Positions 18,577 to 25,228 of a stretch of 32,000 bases of DNA are shown here, one piece after another (position 1 is the first letter of the stretch; the number at the start of each line of letters is the position of its first letter). The notes beneath the pieces are model-generated. The model saw only the letters and a list, made by a program, of their open reading frames with translations. It did no database searches and had not been told where the DNA came from. The translations under genes were made by a program, and so were the position numbers. The stretch comes from an uncultured archaeon (GTDB taxonomy: Archaea > Iainarchaeota > Iainarchaeia > Iainarchaeales > CSSED10-239): assembly GCA_964586355.1 (NCBI GenBank), contig CAZPGO010000030.1, forward strand, positions 30,001 to 62,000. Direction: 5' to 3'.

Positions 18577-19485
18577 GTGATTAAAGTGAAATTATTAGAT
18601 AAATATCAAATATATCTTTACTCAATAAAAATAAAAGTTCCTGCATTATATTGGATTGCTTCATTTTTTTTGATAGCTATAATATTTAGTGCCTTAATTT
18701 ATTTAATTTTTAGAAGTTCTATTTTTTCAATTTTGGTTTTTACGGTTGTTTTGGATTTGGGGGTGGGTACCCCTTTATTTTTATATACAAAACATATTGA
18801 AACAATTGAAAGATTTTGGCCAGATGCATTAAGATTGATTGCAGATACTATGAAAGCTGGAACTTCTTTTGATTTTGCATTAAGAGAAGTGGCATCAGCT
18901 GATTTTGGACCAGTTTCTGTAGAGTTTAATGAAGTAGTAAGAAGATTAGAGATGGGCGATACAACAAATGATGCATTAACTCATTTATCTATAAGAGTTG
19001 ATTCTAAAATAATAAAAAGAACAGTTACAATTATTCAAGAGTGTTTAAGAACTGGTGCTCAGTTAGCTGAAGTTTTAGATGAAATTGCAAATGATACTAA
19101 ATATATGTACAGAGTAAAAGTAGAAAGACAAACAAAAACCCTTTTACAAACTATTTTTGTTTTTGCTGCAGGAGGAGTTATAGCACCTTTTATTTTTGGA
19201 TTAACAAACGTTATTACACAGTTTTTAACAAATGTTGCAACAGCATCAGGCATTGCAAATGAAACTTCTATGGCTATTGCAATAGCAACACAGACAACTA
19301 TAATTTTATTATTAGATATTTATGTTATGATTGAAGTTGCAGCAGCATCATTAATGATAAGTCTTATGAGAAATGGAAAAATAAGCGGTGCTTTTATTTA
19401 TTTTCCTATAATGCTTACAGTAGCATATATTGTGTATTCTATATCTCAATTTATTTTAAATCAGATGTTAGTTACTATGGTATAA
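18577..19485 (+). CDS. Second pilus platform membrane protein, single T2SSF domain (TadB/TadC/EpdK-like)
   Basis: The domain reads FWPDALRLIADTMKAGTSFDFALREVA...TGAQLAEVLDEIANDT and is flanked by TM helices. It has a GTG start 2 nt after the upstream stop. Confidence 0.8.
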   Translation: MIKVKLLDKYQIYLYSIKIKVPALYWIASFFLIAIIFSALIYLIFRSSIFSILVFTVVLDLGVGTPLFLYTKHIETIERFWPDALRLIADTMKAGTSFDFALREVASADFGPVSVEFNEVVRRLEMGDTTNDALTHLSIRVDSKIIKRTVTIIQECLRTGAQLAEVLDEIANDTKYMYRVKVERQTKTLLQTIFVFAAGGVIAPFIFGLTNVITQFLTNVATASGIANETSMAIAIATQTTIILLLDIYVMIEVAAASLMISLMRNGKISGAFIYFPIMLTVAYIVYSISQFILNQMLVTMV

Positions 19486-19505
19486 ATTTTTTAATGTGAT
19501 AAAAT

Positions 19506-19697
19506 ATGAAAAAAACACAGAAACTAGAAAAAATAATTAAAGATCAAAAAGCACAGATCTCTTTAGAATTTTTATTAATTATGGGAGTTGTTGTTTTAAT
19601 TTCATTAATTGTTGGTTTTTATTTAAAACAGACTTCTGCAAATCAAGCAAATAAAATTACAGATTATCAGGATAAAAGTTATCAAGGTAATAACTAA
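19506..19697 (+). CDS. Small class III signal peptide (pilin-like) protein, 63 aa
   Basis: The N-terminus is ...KDQKA|QISLEFLLIMGVVVLISLIVGF. Gln is at +1 and Glu at +5, followed by a hydrophobic helix. This is the archaeal Epd-type prepilin signature. Confidence 0.6.
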   Translation: MKKTQKLEKIIKDQKAQISLEFLLIMGVVVLISLIVGFYLKQTSANQANKITDYQDKSYQGNN

Positions 19698-19744
19698 ATT
19701 GGTTTGTGGTTGTTTTTATTGGTTTAGTTTACAAAAAAGAAAAG

Positions 19745-19754
19745 TATATAAATA
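19745..19754 (+). promoter_or_regulatory. Candidate TATA box for pilin paralog 1
   Basis: The element tatataaata lies about 55-65 nt upstream of the ATG at 19810. The same element is duplicated upstream of paralog 2. Confidence 0.35.
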
Positions 19755-19809
19755 TATTAGTAATAATATTAATATATTATTTTTTTTATTAATTTATGGA
19801 GGGAAACTT

Positions 19810-20001
19810 ATGTTTAAAAAGAAAAAAGGACAAGGTGCTTTAGAGTATCTTTTGTTAATAGGTGGTGCGGTATTAATTACTGTTATTGTTATTGCATTAT
19901 TGGTTGGTATGGGTGGTCAAAGTAGAGACACAGCTCAAGATCAAGCAAATAGAGTTCAATCAGCAACAGATGTACCACAACCAGCTCAAATAATTTCTGT
20001 T
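19810..20001 (+). repeat. Conserved 5' module (about 64 codons) shared by pilin paralogs 1-3, copy 1
   Basis: The nucleotide sequence is near-identical to 20485-20676 and 20989-21183. Most differences are at third codon positions. Confidence 0.8.
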
Positions 20002-20364
20002 GACGCATCTTATAATGAATGTACACAGAATGGAGATGCAACAATAACAGTAAATTGGAGAGCTTTAGGTGAAGGAGGAAGTCATAGGTTATATGTTTCT
20101 GATTCATCTAATAAAGATCTAAATATTACACATTTGCCAAATACTAGTTCTGGTGAGGGTAATGTGGGTCATGAAATAGGAAATAGTGGTGGTACTACTG
20201 GCCCAGATGATCTAATTATTTTAAATCCAAACAATTTAGCTGTTACTGATTTCAATATTGGAAATGTAAAAAAATGTGGTGATTCTTATTATGTAAGAAT
20301 TGAAACAACAAAAAATAATCAAACAGTTGTTTCTGCTAAATACCAGTTTAGTTGGGTTAATTAA
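19810..20364 (+). CDS. Type IV pilin paralog 1 (184 aa): class III signal peptide plus FN3/Ig-like globular domain
   Basis: The N-terminus is MFKKKKG|QGALEYLLLIGGAVLITVIVIALLVG, with Q at +1 and E at +5. GGAGGG lies 6 nt upstream of the ATG. The ORF-track start at 19699 adds an implausible leader. Confidence 0.8.
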   Translation: MFKKKKGQGALEYLLLIGGAVLITVIVIALLVGMGGQSRDTAQDQANRVQSATDVPQPAQIISVDASYNECTQNGDATITVNWRALGEGGSHRLYVSDSSNKDLNITHLPNTSSGEGNVGHEIGNSGGTTGPDDLIILNPNNLAVTDFNIGNVKKCGDSYYVRIETTKNNQTVVSAKYQFSWVN

Positions 20365-20376
20365 TTTTAATCCTTC

Positions 20377-20385
20377 TTTTTTTTT
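20377..20385 (+). terminator. Oligo-T tract (T9) after pilin paralog 1, a candidate archaeal terminator
   Basis: A run of nine T begins 13 nt after the stop codon and is followed by a new TATA-like element. Confidence 0.35.
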
Positions 20386-20404
20386 CAAAAAATTAAATAG
20401 AAAC

Positions 20405-20414
20405 ATATATAAAT
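20405..20414 (+). promoter_or_regulatory. Candidate TATA box for pilin paralog 2
   Basis: The element atatataaat matches the one upstream of paralog 1. It is followed by the same ...tttatt(t)aatggagg(g)aaa(c/t)ttATG leader. Confidence 0.35.
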
Positions 20415-20484
20415 GTATTTTACTTAATATATATTAATGTTTTTTATAAAACAAAAATAAAATTTATTTAATGGAGGAAAATTT

Positions 20485-20676
20485 ATGTTTAAAAAGAAAA
20501 AAGGACAAGGTGCTTTAGAGTACCTTTTGTTAATCGGTGGTGCTGTGTTAATTGCAGTTATTGTAATTGCTTTATTAGTTGGTATGGGTGGTCAAAGTAG
20601 AGATACTGCTCAAGATCAAGCAAATAGAGTACAACAAGCAACAGATGTTCCACAACCAGCTCAAATAGTTTCTGTA
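20485..20676 (+). repeat. Conserved 5' pilin module, copy 2
   Basis: See copy 1. Confidence 0.8.
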
Positions 20677-20964
20677 AGAGCTCCATATGATGAATGTGGT
20701 GATGGAAATATTAGTGTTAGTTGGAGACCACTTGGCGAAGGCGGAAGTAATGAAATGGTTGTTTTAGATTCTAGCAATACTGAATTACAGATCGATGATG
20801 CAGGTACAAGAAAAGTACTTGATCCAAATGACTTAACTTTTGATGTTAATGTAACTTTAACTTCTGCTCATGAGTGTGGTGATTCTTACTATGTAAAAAT
20901 AATTACAGAGAAGAACAATCAAGAAGTTACTTCATCAGCATATCAATTTAGTTGGATTGACTAA
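20485..20964 (+). CDS. Type IV pilin paralog 2 (159 aa)
   Basis: It has the same signal peptide and helix as paralog 1. It shares the WRPLGEGGS landmark and the C-terminal CGDSYYVKIITEKNNQEVTSSAYQFSWID. Confidence 0.85.
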   Translation: MFKKKKGQGALEYLLLIGGAVLIAVIVIALLVGMGGQSRDTAQDQANRVQQATDVPQPAQIVSVRAPYDECGDGNISVSWRPLGEGGSNEMVVLDSSNTELQIDDAGTRKVLDPNDLTFDVNVTLTSAHECGDSYYVKIITEKNNQEVTSSAYQFSWID

Positions 20965-20988
20965 GTTTAATTTTAAAAGGAATTGTAA

Positions 20989-21183
20989 TTGATCTTCACA
21001 AAAAAAAAAGGACAAGGTGCTTTAGAGTATCTTTTGCTAATAGGTGGTGCGGTATTAATTGCGGTGATTGTAATTGCTTTGTTAGTTGGTATGGGTGGTC
21101 AAAGTAGAGATTCTGCCCAAAATCAATCTAATAAAGTACAACAAGCATCAGATCTTCCGCAACCTGCTCAAATAGTATCAATA
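20989..21183 (+). repeat. Conserved 5' pilin module, copy 3
   Basis: See copy 1. Confidence 0.75.
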
Positions 21184-21537
21184 AATGCAGTTTATAGTAA
21201 TTGTCCTAGTTTTGATGGAGATCAAAACAAAACTTCTAAAATTTCTTTTACTTGGAGACCACTAGGAGAAGGGGGTACTTATCATTTATCTTTTTATGAT
21301 TTTAGAGATCGCCAGTTAAAGATAATGTCTGCTGAGGGGCACACCATCGATAGTGATGGTGTTGATTCTTTAATTTTAGATCCAACAGACTTAACCTTAG
21401 ATATAAATGTTTTAAGATTAAATACTACTGAAATTGTACATAATTGTGGAAATTCATATTATGCGCAAATAATTACTGAAAAAAATAATCAAAAAGTAAA
21501 ATCATCAATTTTTGGTTTTAGTTGGATTCCAAATTAA
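20989..21537 (+). CDS. Type IV pilin paralog 3 (182 aa), with a TTG start and an A10 tract at codons 4-7
   Basis: The N-terminus is (M)IFTKKKG|QGALEYLLLIGGAVLIAVIVIALLVG. The C-terminus is CGNSYYAQIITEKNNQKVKSSIFGFSWIPN. Confidence 0.8.
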   Translation: MIFTKKKGQGALEYLLLIGGAVLIAVIVIALLVGMGGQSRDSAQNQSNKVQQASDLPQPAQIVSINAVYSNCPSFDGDQNKTSKISFTWRPLGEGGTYHLSFYDFRDRQLKIMSAEGHTIDSDGVDSLILDPTDLTLDINVLRLNTTEIVHNCGNSYYAQIITEKNNQKVKSSIFGFSWIPN

Positions 21538-21587
21538 TTTTTAAGAAAAAAATAATTTTTTAAAAATAATAAAAACAGGAGTTTATT

Positions 21588-22058
21588 TTGAAAAAAAATA
21601 TTAATTCAAACAAAGGACAAGGTGCCTTAGAATATTTGCTAATTATCGGTGGTGTTTTAGTTATTGCTGTTGTTGTTATCTCATTAATTATGTCAACAGG
21701 CAGATCAAACACAGACAAAGTAAATGAATCAGAACAACAACATTCTCAATTAATAGATAGCACTATTATTCCACCAATGATTCTTAAAGTAAATTGTTTA
21801 GATCAAGGTGGTAATGACACTAATATTATAGTAACTTACAACAGATCTACAACAAATGGGGTTGCTGAATATTGTTTAGTTTTAAACGAATCAATAACCA
21901 CAAATTGTAAACCACCTGCAACAACAGGCAATGTTGTTTTTTTTGATAATATTTCTGGATTAGCTACTGGAGTAAAACACAAAGTTTCTTTAGTTGCAAA
22001 AAGAGGAGATTATATGTCTCAACCTGCTTTACCAACACCAACTTGTGAGGTTGAATAA
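21588..22058 (+). CDS. Type IV pilin paralog 4 (156 aa), divergent
   Basis: The N-terminus is ...SNKG|QGALEYLLIIGGVLVIAVVVISLI. A different beta-rich, Cys-containing C-terminal domain follows. The start is TTG, preceded by AGGAG. Confidence 0.75.
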   Translation: MKKNINSNKGQGALEYLLIIGGVLVIAVVVISLIMSTGRSNTDKVNESEQQHSQLIDSTIIPPMILKVNCLDQGGNDTNIIVTYNRSTTNGVAEYCLVLNESITTNCKPPATTGNVVFFDNISGLATGVKHKVSLVAKRGDYMSQPALPTPTCEVE

Positions 22059-22074
22059 TTTTAATTTGGTAGCT

Positions 22075-22254
22075 ATGAAAAAATTAATTTTAGATCAAAG
22101 AGCTCAAGTATCTGTTGAATATCTAATCTTAATTGTTTTTGGAATGATGCTTGTAATCACAACAGGTATTATAGTAATTAATATCAATACTTTAGTAGCT
22201 GTTGCAAAATCTAAAATATTATCTTATAGAGATAATATCATTGCTACTTTATAA
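22075..22254 (+). CDS. Small class III signal peptide (minor pilin-like) protein, 59 aa
   Basis: The N-terminus is MKKLILDQRA|QVSVEYLILIVFGMMLVITTGIIV. The ORF-track start at 21994 overlaps paralog 4 and is unlikely. Confidence 0.6.
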   Translation: MKKLILDQRAQVSVEYLILIVFGMMLVITTGIIVININTLVAVAKSKILSYRDNIIATL

Positions 22255-22265
22255 TTTAGAAAAAT

Positions 22266-23393
22266 ATGTTTTCTATTTTTAATTTTCTGATTTTTTTTGT
22301 TTTATTAATTTTTATTATTCTTTGTACTTATTTTGATTTAAAAAAAAGAATTATTCCTAATAAATTAATTTTTATTTTTTTAATACTTTTTTTATGTTTG
22401 TTTTTAATAAAACTGGTTTTGTTTTTTTCATTTTCTTTATTATATAATACTTTTTTGTCAGTAACAATAACTTTTTTTGTTTGTTATTTACTTTGGGAGT
22501 TTGGGGTGATTGCCGGAGGAGATCTAAAATTTTTTTTTGTAATTTCTATTTTACTGCCTTTTAATCTCTCTGTTTTTTCTAATTTTTTTAATATTGGTTT
22601 AAATCTTACTTTATTAAAACACCCTATTTTTTCCATTTTTTTATTGTTTTTTAGTTTTTTAATGATGTTACCCTATATTTTATTATTTTCTATTATTAAA
22701 CTATTTACAAAAAAAAATCTTATATACTTAAAAAGATTTTTTTTTACAAAAAAGAATTTTGAAAATTTATTTTTAAGTACTCTTTCTTTATTTTTAGTTT
22801 CTATTATTGTAAGCTTTTTTGCTCTCTCTTTTAATTTGATTTTTTTGTTTATATTTTCTTTTATTTTGTTTAATTTAATTATGTTACTTAAAAATAAAAA
22901 TCAACATTATTTTATTTGCATTTTGATATTTTCTTTTTCTGTTTTAATTTTTTTAGAAATAATATTAAAACAATCTTTTTTTGTGTTTACAGATCTTGGT
23001 TTAATTTTTGTGATTAATATATCTGTCTCTTTTCTTTTGTTTTTAATAAAATTTACAAAAGAAAATATTTTAACAACCCCAATAAGTATTAAAAATTTAC
23101 AAGAGGGGGTAGTTCTATCTAAAAATTATTATTTTAATAAACAAACAAACAAATTAACTGTTGAAAACACCAGTTTTGTTAATCAATTCAAAAGATTAGT
23201 TTCTGGAACCTATTATCTTAACCTAAAAATAGATTCTAACAAAGCAGGGGGTCTAAAGAAAGAAGACATTGCTTTTTTAAATACTATGTATGAAAATAAT
23301 TTAATAGGCAACTGGATTTATGTTAAAAAAACATTGCCTTTTATGCCTGTTGTGTTAATAACTTTTATTGTTTTAAATTTTATAAAATTTTAA
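22266..23393 (+). CDS. Prepilin/preflagellin peptidase (A24 aspartyl protease; EppA/PibD/FlaK-like), enlarged to 375 aa
   Basis: The first catalytic Asp context is CTYFDLKKRIIPN. The second is GVIAGGDLKFFF (the GxGD box). The terminal LPFMPVVLI matches the PFxP motif. Confidence 0.8.
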   Translation: MFSIFNFLIFFVLLIFIILCTYFDLKKRIIPNKLIFIFLILFLCLFLIKLVLFFSFSLLYNTFLSVTITFFVCYLLWEFGVIAGGDLKFFFVISILLPFNLSVFSNFFNIGLNLTLLKHPIFSIFLLFFSFLMMLPYILLFSIIKLFTKKNLIYLKRFFFTKKNFENLFLSTLSLFLVSIIVSFFALSFNLIFLFIFSFILFNLIMLLKNKNQHYFICILIFSFSVLIFLEIILKQSFFVFTDLGLIFVINISVSFLLFLIKFTKENILTTPISIKNLQEGVVLSKNYYFNKQTNKLTVENTSFVNQFKRLVSGTYYLNLKIDSNKAGGLKKEDIAFLNTMYENNLIGNWIYVKKTLPFMPVVLITFIVLNFIKF

Positions 23394-23406
23394 AGATGTG
23401 TAATTT

Positions 23407-23877
23407 ATGATAAAAAATATTAAAGCACAAATTTCTGTAGAATTCATTATATTATTAGCTATATTTATGTTGTTTTTTCAAGCAACTATTTTGCCAACAA
23501 TAGAGTTTTCTGAAAATATTATAAAAGACACTCATAGCTTAAGTATAGCTAGTGATAATGTTTCTAGATTAATAACACATATAGAAAATTTTTCAAATAG
23601 TCCAGGGTATGGTAAAAGAAGTGTTTTTTTCTATCTTCCTGAGAATGCAACTATTACTTCTTGTGGTGGATCTGAGAATAACATAAAATATAATGTAAAA
23701 ATATCCACTCAAAACCCAATACCCTTAACTTGTGATAGTACTGGTGACTGTAATTTTACAAAAAATATAGAAACCTCTTTAGAAATTAGTTGTTCTCCAA
23801 ATAAGATAGGCCCTGGTTTTTCAGGAAATATTGTTTTAGAAAAAACAAGTATAGGGGAAATTATAATTAATGGTTAG
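23407..23877 (+). CDS. Class III signal peptide protein (pilin-like, 156 aa)
   Basis: The N-terminus is MIKNIKA|QISVEFIILLAIFMLFF. A Cys-rich beta domain follows. Confidence 0.65.
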   Translation: MIKNIKAQISVEFIILLAIFMLFFQATILPTIEFSENIIKDTHSLSIASDNVSRLITHIENFSNSPGYGKRSVFFYLPENATITSCGGSENNIKYNVKISTQNPIPLTCDSTGDCNFTKNIETSLEISCSPNKIGPGFSGNIVLEKTSIGEIIING

Positions 23878-23880
23878 ATT

Positions 23881-24228
23881 ATGAATAAGCAAGGACAGAT
23901 TAGTGTTGAGTTTATAATGATATTAGGTTTGTTATTATTATTTTTGTTTTTTATATTAAACACAACACAAAAAGATCTAAATCAAAATAGAGCAATTCTA
24001 TCTATAAAATCAAGAACTATTGATTTGATTAATTTATCAGACTCTAGAGCTGTTCTTTTAAATATGGATTATTTAATTCAAGGTAGTTATTTAGATGTTA
24101 CCATAAACATAAAAAAAAACGGATCAACATTTACACTGGCTGTTTCTGATTATTTAGATGTAATTGCTTATATCAAAAGAACAACTGGTTTTAGGAATGT
24201 TAATTTAGATTTTGTTTATTTAACATAA
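23881..24228 (+). CDS. Class III signal peptide protein (pilin-like, 115 aa)
   Basis: The N-terminus is MNKQG|QISVEFIMILGLLLLFLFFIL. The gene starts 3 nt after the upstream stop. Confidence 0.6.
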   Translation: MNKQGQISVEFIMILGLLLLFLFFILNTTQKDLNQNRAILSIKSRTIDLINLSDSRAVLLNMDYLIQGSYLDVTINIKKNGSTFTLAVSDYLDVIAYIKRTTGFRNVNLDFVYLT

Positions 24229-24239
24229 GGGTGAATTTT

Positions 24240-24881
24240 ATGATTAGTAAAGATTTATTATATATTCAAATATTTTTTTTATTTTCATTAATAGTTAATT
24301 TATTTACAGAGGGTCTTTTATTTTTAAAGATTTTATTAATTATTTTGCTTTTGTTGTTTATTATAAAGTCAAAAGATTCTTTTATCTATAATAGACAAAA
24401 ATACAACTTTTTTTCTTATGGTCTTTTATTTTTTTCTATTTTATTTCTTTTAACAAATTATCTTACAAGTAGTTATTTTTATATGTTTTTATTTTGTGTT
24501 TTAATATTATATATTTATTTATTTAAGGTTTTATTTAACACCTCTTATGGAGAAGTAATAAGTAATAAAAATGGTTTTATAGGTGTAAAAGTTTTAGATG
24601 CTTTTTACAAATCAAAAAGTCTCTCTTTTAAACATAAAACTCTATTAACAGGTTCAATAGTTGTTTTTTCTTTAACTAGATTTCCTTTAAGAAAAAAACC
24701 AATAGCTATTATAGATGTTGTTCCTCCTTATGACCTAAAACCCAAAAAGCAAAGTACTAAGAGGCCACCAATAAAACACGCAGCAAAGAAAACCCCTAAA
24801 AAGCAAGCGGTTAAAAAAACCCCTAACAAAAAAAACATCTCCAGACAAAAAACTTCAAAAACTATTAAAAAGAAAAAATAA
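24240..24881 (+). CDS. Membrane protein with a small beta domain and a Lys-rich C-terminal tail, function unknown
   Basis: About four TM segments are followed by GEVISNKNGFIGVKVLD...GSIVVFSL and then the tail KPKKQSTKRPPIKHAAKKTPKKQAVKKTPNKKN...KKKK. The ATG at 24240 follows AGGGTGA. The ORF track uses the GTG at 24231. Confidence 0.45.
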   Translation: MISKDLLYIQIFFLFSLIVNLFTEGLLFLKILLIILLLLFIIKSKDSFIYNRQKYNFFSYGLLFFSILFLLTNYLTSSYFYMFLFCVLILYIYLFKVLFNTSYGEVISNKNGFIGVKVLDAFYKSKSLSFKHKTLLTGSIVVFSLTRFPLRKKPIAIIDVVPPYDLKPKKQSTKRPPIKHAAKKTPKKQAVKKTPNKKNISRQKTSKTIKKKK

Positions 24882-25223
24882 ATGACTTTTGAAAAAATAA
24901 AATATTTTGTTTTTGTTTTTGCATTACTTTCTTTGTGTCTTTTATTATTTTCGATTTATTTTTTCTCACCAAAATTTTTTTCTGTAACGGATTTTTTAGT
25001 CTCTGACACCTCAAAGGTAGTTACTCTTTATGGAACTATAAGAGAATTAGATAACACAAACACAACCTATTTTTTTAATTTATGTGATGGATCTAAATGT
25101 GTTGAGTGTATTTTTTTTAATCCTTCTTCTTTTCAAAAAGATTTGTTAATCAACAATACAACTATTAAAATAACCGGTAAAAAAGAAGACAAATTTTTTG
25201 TTTATAAAATAGAAAAAGGCTAA
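24882..25223 (+). CDS. Membrane-anchored OB-fold protein (tRNA_anti-codon/nucleic-acid-binding OB-like)
   Basis: An N-terminal TM anchor (YFVFVFALLSLCLLLFSIYFF) is followed by VVTLYGTIRELDN...YFFNLCDGSKCVECIFF...NTTIKITGKKEDKFFVYKIE. That is the classic OB pattern of a beta-barrel with a ligand-test 'F.L.D.sG.i.c..F' signature. This call rests on pattern recognition only. Confidence 0.5.
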   Translation: MTFEKIKYFVFVFALLSLCLLLFSIYFFSPKFFSVTDFLVSDTSKVVTLYGTIRELDNTNTTYFFNLCDGSKCVECIFFNPSSFQKDLLINNTTIKITGKKEDKFFVYKIEKG

Positions 25224-25228
25224 CTACT

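Noticed and set aside
19699-19809. N-terminal extensions proposed by the ORF track for pilin 1 (from 19699), for the small pilin-like gene (from 21994) and for rfcS (from the TTG at 14455).
   Set aside because: The internal ATGs at 19810, 22075 and 14503 are preceded by GGAGG/AGGAG-type motifs. They give N-termini matching the paralogs or the family consensus. The extensions overlap promoter-like AT-rich sequence or the upstream gene.
24879-24884. A second in-frame TAA-ATG junction, between the basic-tailed membrane protein and the OB-fold protein, as a possible split or read-through fusion like nrdD.
   Set aside because: Same-frame adjacency has a one-in-three chance, and I know of no homolog in which the two parts are fused. 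I treat it as ordinary translational coupling.
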